This document shows positions 51,218-59,554 of a stretch of DNA of 64,000 bases, piece by piece. Each line of letters starts with the position of its first letter. Positions within the stretch are counted from its first letter, which is position 1. The notes under the pieces were generated by a model. That model saw only the letters and a list, made by a program, of their open reading frames with translations, did not search any database and was not told the origin of the DNA. The stretch is from a virus. The DNA lies in the IMG/VR virus record IMGVR_UViG_3300050509_000438, positions 14,416-78,415 of that record; one strand, written 5' to 3'. Both the position numbers and the translations under genes were made by a program.

Positions 51218-51522
51218 TGTCATCCACATCCTGGTTCACCTTATTGAGAAAGGGCTGGGGCATGAGTAGGTTGCTACGAAAGATGAAGAAGCGGATTAAG
51301 AAGATCCTGAACAGTCCAGAGATTAAAGAAGCACTGCGAGAGATGTCTGACTCCTTGCTGACCTATGGTCGCGCCATCAAATACATGCGAACTCCACCAA
51401 TGACTGACGAGCAGAAGAAGGCTTTGTTTGAGGAACGCGGCATATCTATCCATACTGAGACAATGACACCAGAAGAAGCAATGGAACGATATGGTCTTAC
51501 AAAGGAGTACTTAGGCTTATGA
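51214..51522 (+). CDS. Hypothetical protein
   Basis: 102-aa ORF. Confidence 0.45.
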   Translation: MMSSTSWFTLLRKGWGMSRLLRKMKKRIKKILNSPEIKEALREMSDSLLTYGRAIKYMRTPPMTDEQKKALFEERGISIHTETMTPEEAMERYGLTKEYLGL

Positions 51523-51683
51523 CCGAACCCGAATTCTACACCCTCGTCGAGCGCATGCGCCAGGCGCAGATCGACTACTTCAGGACTCGTGATAAGGACT
51601 GCTTGAGAGACAGCAAGTCATTGGAGAAGAAGGTTGATGAACAGGTCAAGCAGTTTAAGATGAAGCAGGGTAACTTGTTTTGA
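51519..51683 (+). CDS. Hypothetical small protein (54 aa, below track cutoff)
   Basis: Own translation gives MTEPEFYTLVERMRQAQIDYFRTRDKDCLRDSKSLEKKVDEQVKQFKMKQGNLF. ATGA overlap. Confidence 0.35.
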   Translation: MTEPEFYTLVERMRQAQIDYFRTRDKDCLRDSKSLEKKVDEQVKQFKMKQGNLF

Positions 51684-51706
51684 ATCAATAAATCAATAAA
51701 ACTAAT

Positions 51707-51934
51707 ATGAAGAACTACGAAATGACAGACGATGAACTGGACAAGATGAAATCCATTTCTCAAGACAACACACCGGTTATGAAATTCGGTGAGTACTGGT
51801 CCGGTATGGACAAGCAGGAACGGGCTAACACTTTTTGGAAAGAGCTCGCAGTTAAGTACGGGTTTGTATGGGATTCAGCCGAGGCTATACCAGGTGAATC
51901 TGATATCAAAAAGTTTCAAGCACAGGAGGTGTGA
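51707..51934 (+). CDS. Hypothetical protein
   Basis: 75-aa ORF. Confidence 0.5.
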   Translation: MKNYEMTDDELDKMKSISQDNTPVMKFGEYWSGMDKQERANTFWKELAVKYGFVWDSAEAIPGESDIKKFQAQEV

Positions 51935-52287
51935 CCGGACCTGAAATCCAAATCCGTGAGAAGATCAAAGGCCAGGAGCAGCGCATTGCCAACTGCCAGA
52001 AGAAGATCGAGGCTCTGAATAAGGAACTCGAAGACTATCTGGCCAGCGTGCCTCCGAAGCCTGAGCCATTCGCAGTATTGCCAAAGGAGGATCACCATGA
52101 TTACTGCGGTAAGATTCTGTATCATTCAGAGAAGGCAGCCCATGCAGCGCGGAAGCTGATCAATCGTGATCTCAAGAAGGTAGGTAAGCCTCCGCTCAAG
52201 CGGGCGTATCTGTGCGATAAATGTGAGGCGTGGCACTTGACTACAGTTGAGAGTTGGATACCTTATCCGGAAATGGGTGGCAGGTAG
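51931..52287 (+). CDS. Hypothetical protein (C-terminal CxxC...WH Zn-like motif)
   Basis: 118 aa containing YLCDKCEAWHLTT. Last gene of the plus block; converges on and overlaps the GT2 gene end. Confidence 0.5.
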   Translation: MTGPEIQIREKIKGQEQRIANCQKKIEALNKELEDYLASVPPKPEPFAVLPKEDHHDYCGKILYHSEKAAHAARKLINRDLKKVGKPPLKRAYLCDKCEAWHLTTVESWIPYPEMGGR

Positions 52288-53096
52288 TTCATGATTTGAT
52301 TGCGTAGGTGAGGGTAGCGATCAGCACACCATTCACGTATGTACACCGGCAGTGGCCCAGGAATAGGCACAATGTCATCTCCCTGGAATGGGAACTTACT
52401 CCAATCGAAGACTTCACCGATGCGTGAGTCCATGCCGAGGCCAAAGATATCAACGAGCATATTCTTAGCCTTTACCACATGTTTAACAGGATCTCTAATA
52501 TAACCGGCGTGGTAAATTTCGATCGCATCTTCACGTCCGAAGACATGAACACTATTTGATGCAACATGCTCACCATCATCGTATGAACGACAATGTGATT
52601 TCGCTAATCGGATTACCTCTGTTGAACAAGGTTTCCGTTCTTGAATCACATTTAGCATTGATAAAGGATCTCGCCAAGCATTGTATCTCTTACAAACATA
52701 TGCTTCAACATCATGTTCGATTGCTTCTCGAATGACCGGAAAGCTCCTTGGATAGATGATCTCGTCTGCCTGAAGCAGAACTGTCCAGTCACAACCATTA
52801 GCTTCGAGTATCCCCATGGCAACATTTTGAAAATAGCTCAATTTTTGCCTACCCATCTGAGCGTTCCAATCACTATAAGTTATCTCAAATAATTCACAAT
52901 GGCCTATGGCATTAGAATGAATTAATTCTTCCACAGCGCTTTTTGTTCCATCATTCCCGCCAGCTAATACCACAACATTGTCACACAAGTCCAGCAAGCA
53001 CTGCATTGACTCACGAAAATTGTAGTCTTGACTTATTCCATTCCATACAAATAGACATCCGCCGAGTTTTTTCATACTTTGCGCGCTACGATCCAA
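52263..53096 (-). CDS. Glycosyltransferase (GT2-like) candidate
   Basis: 277 aa. The N-terminal CLFVWNGISQDYNFRESMQCLLDLCDNVVVLAGGNDGT has the layout of GT-A/GT2 enzymes. Sits within the sugar-modification island. Confidence 0.45.
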   Translation of the reverse strand: MDRSAQSMKKLGGCLFVWNGISQDYNFRESMQCLLDLCDNVVVLAGGNDGTKSAVEELIHSNAIGHCELFEITYSDWNAQMGRQKLSYFQNVAMGILEANGCDWTVLLQADEIIYPRSFPVIREAIEHDVEAYVCKRYNAWRDPLSMLNVIQERKPCSTEVIRLAKSHCRSYDDGEHVASNSVHVFGREDAIEIYHAGYIRDPVKHVVKAKNMLVDIFGLGMDSRIGEVFDWSKFPFQGDDIVPIPGPLPVYIREWCADRYPHLRNQIMNYLPPISG

Positions 53097-53602
53097 AAAC
53101 TATACCTATCCTCACCTATATCGAGCCCGTGATCAACCAGATCAAACATCTTTGGCAGATGCTCACCTTTGAAGTCCTTGCCTTCGCCACAGAAAGCGCG
53201 CCGGAACCAGAACATAAATGGGTCATACTTTATGTCAATCATGTGCTCGGGATTGGATTTGTTGTCGTAATAATCACCATCTGGAAGATAGAGCACGAGA
53301 TGACCGCCACTTTTAAGGACATGATACCATGTAATTACTGTTAGATATTGGTCACGGCAATGTTCCAAAAAATGCGATGAAAATATTGTATCAAACTTGT
53401 CTCTCTTAACAAACTTGATCTTATCCCAAAATTCATCGTGAATGCCAACTATATCAACACCCGGGAGAGAGCGGCCATCGAACCCGATCGCTTCAGGTAT
53501 GATCTTATCACCGCCGCATGCAACATCGAGAACCTCGCCCGTAATGTACTTCATCACCTGTGGCAAGTCTCTAACCTTCGCCGCTTCACTCATGTACGCC
53601 AT
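53072..53602 (-). CDS. Class I SAM-dependent methyltransferase
   Basis: Motif I is GEVLDVACGGDKIIPEAIGFDG, with later FDTIFSSHFLEH and LKSGGHLVLY. Confidence 0.65.
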   Translation of the reverse strand: MAYMSEAAKVRDLPQVMKYITGEVLDVACGGDKIIPEAIGFDGRSLPGVDIVGIHDEFWDKIKFVKRDKFDTIFSSHFLEHCRDQYLTVITWYHVLKSGGHLVLYLPDGDYYDNKSNPEHMIDIKYDPFMFWFRRAFCGEGKDFKGEHLPKMFDLVDHGLDIGEDRYSFWIVARKV

Positions 53603-54203
53603 AAGCCCATTGTTTAGTTTTAAGAATTGATTTTATGCGTTCATATTCATCGGCGCCCCATGGAGATCTCCACCCGAACCAGGCGCTTCCGTTCCACTTC
53701 TTGTGATAGTCTGGGAAGACAATTGCATTCATCCCTGGCAGCATCTCAGGCTTCCACAGTGATCGGTGAGCCTCCGGGTCATTGTTATCATCCTCCGCCA
53801 TTCCAAACAGATCGGTAAGAGGCGTGAAGATGATCTGTTTGTGAGAGAGCATAATCATTGTACGGATGAGTTTCATACCATCCTCCAGTTTCAAGTGCTC
53901 AATACCATCAGAACAGATTGCTACATCGAATGGATTAATGACCTTCGCATCGATAATCCAGTCCGGACAAGCAAGTTGTAGCACATCCATTTGCCTGAAA
54001 AACTGTTGCTCCTCCTTATGATCAAGTTCTCTCGGCAGCACATCCACATAACACCGCTTACTAAAACCGAGCTTCGGAGTGTTCGGTGCGAACGCACACA
54101 TCAGATCAATCATCGACTTGCCTTCGGTGTCTCCACAGATCGCTCTCATCACGTCCATGTATACTTCGATGTTGCCTACTACGTTTGGGAAGGTGAGGGT
54201 CAT
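53586..54203 (-). CDS. Methyltransferase-like protein (degenerate class I fold)
   Basis: MIDLMCAFAPNTP...FDVAICSDGIEHLKLEDGMKLIRTM has the class I MTase post-I/II/III layout with a weak motif I. Confidence 0.4.
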   Translation of the reverse strand: MTLTFPNVVGNIEVYMDVMRAICGDTEGKSMIDLMCAFAPNTPKLGFSKRCYVDVLPRELDHKEEQQFFRQMDVLQLACPDWIIDAKVINPFDVAICSDGIEHLKLEDGMKLIRTMIMLSHKQIIFTPLTDLFGMAEDDNNDPEAHRSLWKPEMLPGMNAIVFPDYHKKWNGSAWFGWRSPWGADEYERIKSILKTKQWAYGVHE

Positions 54204-55618
54204 GATAAATAATATCCCAGTTGATCAATAATCAAATCAATATCCCATGTAATGCATGGTGGTCGTTGTACATTAACTACACAATCTTTGCCAACCTCCG
54301 ATAAAACATCGTGATAGCATCCTGCCTTCGCTACTGGACAGGGCCTCTGTAGTACAAATAAGTTACTCCGATCATAATACCGATACTTTGGATCAACAGA
54401 TCCAAAAAACACAATGCTCTTCACACCACAGGCCATCGCTATTTGAGCACAACCCGAGTCGATCCCGATAAAGTACGAAGCCCCAGCAATGACATAAGCG
54501 AGCACTGGCTCTGTGGGAGTGTTGATGTGGACAGCAGCATCTCGCCGTCCGCCGATCTGAAACACCTTGTATTTTGTGTGGGCCTCGATCCATTTAACCA
54601 CCTCCGCCCAATCCACCCCATGCACATTCCTGTGCGCCATTGCCGTATCATCCACATGCAGCACAATATAGTCATCGAAGAGCCGTGTCTCCGCCGTGGG
54701 CGCGAAGTTAAGCTTAGGATTACGCAGCGTATACTCTGTGATCCCCGCCGCCTTGTAATACGACTCCAGCACCAGCTTCCTTGGCTCTACCTCGTAAGCC
54801 ATGTCCAGGTTGATGATCCGGTAGCCGCCGAGGTCTTCCTTCAGGTGCGGCGCGTACTCGACCTGGAAATAGTGCTTCTCGAAGAGGTTATAGTACGGAG
54901 GCAAGCAGTCAAGGATCACCCGGTAGCCGTCGTTATGCAGGCGCTCCAGCAGCGGCTCAGCCATGATCACGTCGCCCATGGCCCCTGTACGGTGTACGAT
55001 CACAGGCTCGCGGTAGGGCTGATGGAAGAGGGCGTGGAACCCGAACGTCTTCTGCCTGGGAGCATGCATCTCGAAGCTGAAGCGGTGCGCGAGGTCTTCA
55101 GGAGCGAACTTGTAGCCGTATCGCTCTTCCAGGATCTTCCGGTACAACCGGCAGATCACCTCGTCCTCCGGAGCATATACACCATTATATGCCACAAACT
55201 CATCCGTACCCATGGCATGCATCAGCCGATAGCTCCGCATGCTGAACCCACCATTGCCCACGTTACGTCCATCCCTGTAGTTCCACGGCGCGCCGATGTA
55301 GTCATAGTCCATGAACTCGTCAGTCCATGCGCTGGAATCAAGCACATACCCGTCAAACTGGATTAAAAGAACATGTGAAGTTTTAATATGCTTCCATAGC
55401 TCACAACAAACAAATTTATTGTAGTTTAACCAATCAAGCTTTTCAATAAGCACACACTTGAAGTCATCGTCCTGATATTCTACATCAGTGAAAAATAAAG
55501 TTTCGGCAGGATGTATTTGTTCAAGAGATTTTTTGATTGATGAAATAGTTGGCCCATAATCTCTGGTTGTTATTGCCACCATGGTAATATCCTTTAGGTG
55601 CTTCATGCGTATTGCCAT
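54200..55618 (-). CDS. Fusion of DUF5672-like domain and GT9 (ADP-heptose heptosyltransferase-like) domain
   Basis: 472 aa. The N-terminal half has YDYIGAPWNYRDGRNVGNGGFSMRS (DUF5672 signature). The C-terminal half has VIVHRTGAMGDVIMAEPLLERL and FIGIDSGCAQIAMACGVKSIVFFGS (GT9 signatures). Confidence 0.65.
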   Translation of the reverse strand: MAIRMKHLKDITMVAITTRDYGPTISSIKKSLEQIHPAETLFFTDVEYQDDDFKCVLIEKLDWLNYNKFVCCELWKHIKTSHVLLIQFDGYVLDSSAWTDEFMDYDYIGAPWNYRDGRNVGNGGFSMRSYRLMHAMGTDEFVAYNGVYAPEDEVICRLYRKILEERYGYKFAPEDLAHRFSFEMHAPRQKTFGFHALFHQPYREPVIVHRTGAMGDVIMAEPLLERLHNDGYRVILDCLPPYYNLFEKHYFQVEYAPHLKEDLGGYRIINLDMAYEVEPRKLVLESYYKAAGITEYTLRNPKLNFAPTAETRLFDDYIVLHVDDTAMAHRNVHGVDWAEVVKWIEAHTKYKVFQIGGRRDAAVHINTPTEPVLAYVIAGASYFIGIDSGCAQIAMACGVKSIVFFGSVDPKYRYYDRSNLFVLQRPCPVAKAGCYHDVLSEVGKDCVVNVQRPPCITWDIDLIIDQLGYYLS

Positions 55619-55797
55619 TTAAAACCCCTGAAAGAATCTCGCTTACCTTTGCAACACTTAATAATGTCAACAGACCAAGCAATTCTAGCACGTTCAATGT
55701 CTGCAATAGCATCCCATGTTTTAACCACATCAGATGCTTCCTTTTCCTCTTTACATCGGTAGCATACCTTGCTGATCACTACTGCTGTCTCAATCAT
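55603..55797 (-). CDS. Small protein resembling a homing-endonuclease DNA-binding (NUMOD-like) remnant
   Basis: 64 aa ending in ...IIKCCKGKRDSFRGFKWQYA, similar to the sI..c..gk...agGf.W.y tail of NUMOD/IENR modules (weak). Confidence 0.3.
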   Translation of the reverse strand: MIETAVVISKVCYRCKEEKEASDVVKTWDAIADIERARIAWSVDIIKCCKGKRDSFRGFKWQYA

Positions 55798-56150
55798 ATC
55801 TTCGCTATCAAATCCGTCATCCTCATAATAAGAACTTCCTTGCCGTCAACTTCATGTCTCACGCCGGCATACTTGCTATGCAGCACGCGATCACCAGGCT
55901 TGAAGTCAACCTTCGGAGGCTCGACGCGAGCCGGGATCGGCACGTTGAAGAACTCGCAGACCGCGATCAGTACCCACAGGATCTTGGTGAGCGTGGGATC
56001 GTTATTGAGACCGGGGCCAATAGCGATGATCGTTCCTTGCGCGGGGCGCAGGCGTTCTTTGCTGGTATCGGGTACGATGATACCGTTGATGTCATCAGGA
56101 GCTGCATCAGGCTCGATAATTACGCGGTCTTCGAGGGGGAGTAGGGGCAT
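55794..56150 (-). CDS. groES: GroES/Cpn10 co-chaperonin homolog
   Basis: LPLEDRVIIEPD...NGIIVPDTSKE...GTIIAIGPG...KPGDRVLHSKYAGVRHEVDGKEVLIMRMTDLIAKI shows full-length Cpn10 collinearity with an internal insertion. Confidence 0.75.
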   Translation of the reverse strand: MPLLPLEDRVIIEPDAAPDDINGIIVPDTSKERLRPAQGTIIAIGPGLNNDPTLTKILWVLIAVCEFFNVPIPARVEPPKVDFKPGDRVLHSKYAGVRHEVDGKEVLIMRMTDLIAKI

Positions 56151-56155
56151 GTGGA

Positions 56156-56539
56156 TTATAGTTTAATTGGTAGTTCTTTTAAGCTTACGGCATAAAAGGC
56201 ATTCTGGAGTTGGTGAATGTACTTCAGGTCATCACTCAACACATGGATAAGCGGATTACAATCCATGCCTAATATCCACTCACCATTCTCGTAAAAAATG
56301 ATTCTAAAGTATGAGAATTCTGGGTAGTGATAGATTTTTAATGATTCTTTCTGCTTAAGAATCCATCCATTATTGGTGAGAATGTCTTCGGTGAGAGGGA
56401 CACCATGCATCATTGAGTCTGCTCCATCCTCTTCGATGGTTGCCAACTGCGCTATCATCATAGGGTAAACCTGCTGAGGCTTTTGTGTATAGTAGTTGAA
56501 TACCCAGTTATTGATGCGTAGTTCTTTTGAATGAATCAT
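56156..56539 (-). CDS. Hypothetical protein
   Basis: 127-aa ORF. Confidence 0.5.
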   Translation of the reverse strand: MIHSKELRINNWVFNYYTQKPQQVYPMMIAQLATIEEDGADSMMHGVPLTEDILTNNGWILKQKESLKIYHYPEFSYFRIIFYENGEWILGMDCNPLIHVLSDDLKYIHQLQNAFYAVSLKELPIKL

Positions 56540-56940
56540 AACTTATTGATGATGTACCTTTTCGCATCTTCGATATTCTGATTTCCATTGCCATCATAGC
56601 CACCTGTGGAAAACGGTGAATGGTTATAACCTTCATCAATTCTCTTCATCAGTGCTTGCTTCGTGGTTTCTTCAGGACTCCATTGTCCTTCAAATCCATA
56701 GCAAGAGCAGTGTGATCCGTGGACCTCATACAACTTCCCTTCTTTTTCAAAGAGAAACCACGATGAAGAGTCGCAACCATAATCACCAACAGATTCGTAT
56801 GCGATAAGTATTTTACACTTACGCAACGACTTCTTTAATTCTTTATCTACTTGCTCATACTCAGCATTACCATACTGGGAGACAATGTGAGCCTTCACCT
56901 GTGTGGTATTCATGTCCTTTAAATCTTCTAGTGCTATCAT
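56536..56940 (-). CDS. Hypothetical protein
   Basis: 134-aa ORF with 4-nt overlaps on both sides. Confidence 0.5.
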   Translation of the reverse strand: MIALEDLKDMNTTQVKAHIVSQYGNAEYEQVDKELKKSLRKCKILIAYESVGDYGCDSSSWFLFEKEGKLYEVHGSHCSCYGFEGQWSPEETTKQALMKRIDEGYNHSPFSTGGYDGNGNQNIEDAKRYIINKL

Positions 56941-57773
56941 AACTCCTTCATCATTTTATCAACCAAATAAACCAATCCTTCCTGAAATTGAAAATCCCAC
57001 CCATTGGGTCCGATCGGCTGCACATTCGGCGCGAAGTCACAGACTTCCAGGAGACGATGCGACTTTAACCCTTCAGCGATCGCGTAGCACATACTCTGGT
57101 TACCGATAAAAAACTTGCAGCACTTGATGGCGATCGCAAGCTCAAGGAAGTTATCCACGACCAGCAAAGGTAACTCAAATCCCCAATCCTTCTGGAACTT
57201 CTCGTGTTCCTGCGGCAGCCCACAGAACATCAGTTGCTCCTTGTATTTCTCCATGAACCAGTAGGTCAGGTACGGCTTGTTGTAGCGCGAGGTGCGGTTG
57301 ATGAGAACTTTCTGATTGGCTTTGTTGTGGTACCATGATGGGAAATTATGCCACGGCACATGCAACCATGGCTTACTCAAATCGCACTGCGTATCCGGGT
57401 AGCAGAACCCGAGCCATCGGTGGATTGAGCCGTAGGGCATGCCGATGAATTTGGTCCTGTGAACATCGAGATCTACAACGATCTCCTCTCCCTTCCAGAT
57501 GTTGAAGCTATTAACGTATGCCTGGGCCTCGATAAGGGGCTTCATCATGTCGTAGGCATGCTGCGGAAACATGGACTCATAAGGATGCTCTGCGCCCTGG
57601 TAATAGAACGCCTTCTGGTCAAGCCACATGTAGATGTCGGCCTTGGCGCCCAGGTTCTCGCAGGCGGTTTTGACGGCGGGGAGGAACGAGATCAGGTCGC
57701 CTGAAGGACCCGATGACTTGAATGATATGGTTTTCATTTCCATGTTCTGTTTGATAGCACAGATCTGATACAA
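56937..57773 (-). CDS. GT-B glycosyltransferase, GT9-like (second heptosyltransferase candidate)
   Basis: ISFKSSGPSGDLISFLPAVK (N-terminal GT9-like) and CKFFIGNQSMCYAIAEGLKSHRLLE (the f-I-G-n-D-S-G...A-x-A-l-g pattern). Weaker than in 54200-55618. Confidence 0.4.
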   Translation of the reverse strand: MYQICAIKQNMEMKTISFKSSGPSGDLISFLPAVKTACENLGAKADIYMWLDQKAFYYQGAEHPYESMFPQHAYDMMKPLIEAQAYVNSFNIWKGEEIVVDLDVHRTKFIGMPYGSIHRWLGFCYPDTQCDLSKPWLHVPWHNFPSWYHNKANQKVLINRTSRYNKPYLTYWFMEKYKEQLMFCGLPQEHEKFQKDWGFELPLLVVDNFLELAIAIKCCKFFIGNQSMCYAIAEGLKSHRLLEVCDFAPNVQPIGPNGWDFQFQEGLVYLVDKMMKEL

Positions 57774-58351
57774 CGCCGTGATACACTATACATAGAAGCT
57801 AATTTGTTTTGAGAAATAAGCCCCTTATTGGCTCGTATTTCTCGCACATCCCATTCTGTTAATTTAGCTACTCTACTATTTCTGATGTTCACCTTTCTAA
57901 TCACCCACCTAACATTACCTGGCTCATAATTCCCATCGTTATTAATCCGATCAATATCAAGTCCAGGAATATAATCTTCAATGGTATCATTATAGAAATT
58001 AGTAAAGCTTTGCATCCAACGATCACACACTTTTATTCCTCTGCCACCGTAAATGTGATATGATTTATGTTTTGGGTTATTAACCCTTTGCTTCATGCTG
58101 TTCCATACTTTTTTCAGAGAATGATTCTTGATTCTCTGCTTTTGATTTTTACACCCACAACTGGTTTTTCGACCAGAAAGTAAATATGAGGATGGGATAG
58201 AGACAGCTGCCCCACAGATACAAAAACATGTCCATGCAGGCATCCTGCGAATAGTACCCGATCTGGAACCAACCTTTAGATGGCCAAATGTCTGATCCTT
58301 CAAGTCTTTTAATTGCCCCATAAAATGCCTATCTTCGTATTTCATGCACAA
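57734..58351 (-). CDS. Homing-endonuclease-like protein (HNH-type, phage family)
   Basis: WTCFCICGAAVSIPSSYLLSGRKTSCGC...HKSYHIYGGRGIKVCDRW...GLDIDRINNDGNYEPGNVRWV is a pattern I recognise from free-standing phage HNH endonucleases. AT-rich. Confidence 0.55.
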   Translation of the reverse strand: MCMKYEDRHFMGQLKDLKDQTFGHLKVGSRSGTIRRMPAWTCFCICGAAVSIPSSYLLSGRKTSCGCKNQKQRIKNHSLKKVWNSMKQRVNNPKHKSYHIYGGRGIKVCDRWMQSFTNFYNDTIEDYIPGLDIDRINNDGNYEPGNVRWVIRKVNIRNSRVAKLTEWDVREIRANKGLISQNKLASMYSVSRRCIRSVLSNRTWK

Positions 58352-58385
58352 AACTCAAATCACACAACTCTAAACGATTTACACC

Positions 58386-58616
58386 ATGGCACAAGTACTT
58401 TTGGTTGATGTCTATCAATTTGCGGCAGCAGGTAACAAATACAGTGGCAACGCATTGCAAGCAATTCCGATTCCCTGCCAAGTAGTTAAGGCCACCTCCC
58501 CCGATCCGAATGTGTATTGTTACAGCAAGGTCATTTACGAAATGCCGAAGGGTATGATTCAGGAAGGTTATACCGCAGAAAGTGTCAGTGCTCTCGCGAG
58601 CAGGCTCAATTCCTGA
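58386..58616 (+). CDS. Hypothetical small protein
   Basis: 76-aa ORF, preferred over the antisense ORF 58329-58679 on composition grounds. Confidence 0.4.
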   Translation: MAQVLLVDVYQFAAAGNKYSGNALQAIPIPCQVVKATSPDPNVYCYSKVIYEMPKGMIQEGYTAESVSALASRLNS

Positions 58617-58660
58617 CCTGAATAACCATTGAGTCTTCGTAAGATCCATCGCCACAAATC

Positions 58661-58678
58661 TGTAAAAATCTTTTGACA
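58661..58678 (+). promoter_or_regulatory. Promoter-like composite
   Basis: TGTAAAAAT (58661-69), ctt, TTGACA (58673-78), 49 nt upstream of the ATG at 58728. Same arrangement as at 38569. Confidence 0.45.
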
Positions 58679-58727
58679 AGTCAAATTAATTGTTGAGTTT
58701 TGTTCACTTTAAAGCAAAACGACAATT

Positions 58728-59066
58728 ATGAGAGACCCACAAGAAATTGCAACAGTTGAGCCTAAGTCAACTTACAGAATTCCTACGTACAAAGTTACCA
58801 ATGAAGGATTGGTAGATGGTGATGGATGCGCATTGGACTTCTGCAAAGGCAATAAAGAAGATGAATCTGTTCCACGTCAGGAAGGTGTTTTTACTGAAAC
58901 CCTGATCGCCGCCGCAAAAAAATATCTCGAAGAGAACAACGTCGGAGACCTTGCTACACGCGAGACCTCAATGGCTATTACCAAGCTTGATGAAGCGCTG
59001 CTCTGGATCGGTAAGCGCGCCGCAGATCGGCAGAGACGTGGTGTACAAGGCACTTACCAGAAATGA
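58728..59066 (+). CDS. Hypothetical protein
   Basis: 112-aa ORF with a conserved-looking C-terminal helix (SMAITKLDEALLWIGKRAADRQRRGVQGT). Confidence 0.55.
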   Translation: MRDPQEIATVEPKSTYRIPTYKVTNEGLVDGDGCALDFCKGNKEDESVPRQEGVFTETLIAAAKKYLEENNVGDLATRETSMAITKLDEALLWIGKRAADRQRRGVQGTYQK

Positions 59067-59554
59067 ACCTCCACGCCCTCTACATCCTCCTGATCTTTCT
59101 CGCCGGTGGTCTCGGCTACTACCTCGGCACTCTCCCTCAACCATCAACCACTCCTTCTGACCTTCAGGCTGCACGCGACAGCCTGAAGGCTCAGAGGCTT
59201 CAAAGCATAGCGCGCGAGCAATGGTACATCGACGAGATCGCCAGGGATAGCGCTGCGATCGTAGCACTCGAAGCCAAGGAATATTCCCACCAAGTCAAAA
59301 TACACACCTATGAGAAACGTTTGCAAGACCTTCGTAATGTGCCTGTCGCTCATCCTGACAGCTTCCTTATCTGGCGCTACCCAGGACCTGCTCCTGGTAG
59401 ACCGGTGGCGCCTGGAGATGGCGGCGCGGGAACTGATGCAGAAGGACCTGCAGGACAGTTTGCTGGTGCAGAAGGACAGTTTGATAAATACTCTACAGCA
59501 GATCAACGGGACCCGGCTCAGTATGATCTCATCGCTCAATGGAGTGATCACTGA
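59063..59554 (+). CDS. N-terminally anchored coiled-coil protein (i-spanin-like), 3-prime part doubtful
   Basis: The N-terminal TM helix (LHALYILLIFLAGGLGYYLG) is followed by helical sequence to about residue 90. The rest is G/A/P-rich, junk-like sequence overlapped by the next ORF. Confidence 0.45.
   Translation: MNLHALYILLIFLAGGLGYYLGTLPQPSTTPSDLQAARDSLKAQRLQSIAREQWYIDEIARDSAAIVALEAKEYSHQVKIHTYEKRLQDLRNVPVAHPDSFLIWRYPGPAPGRPVAPGDGGAGTDAEGPAGQFAGAEGQFDKYSTADQRDPAQYDLIAQWSDH

Noticed and set aside
54443-55366. 307-aa plus-strand ORF
   Set aside because: It lies entirely antisense to the DUF5672-GT9 gene, which has clear domain signatures. The R/H/V/L-rich mirror-frame composition marks it as a by-product of codon bias on the opposite strand.
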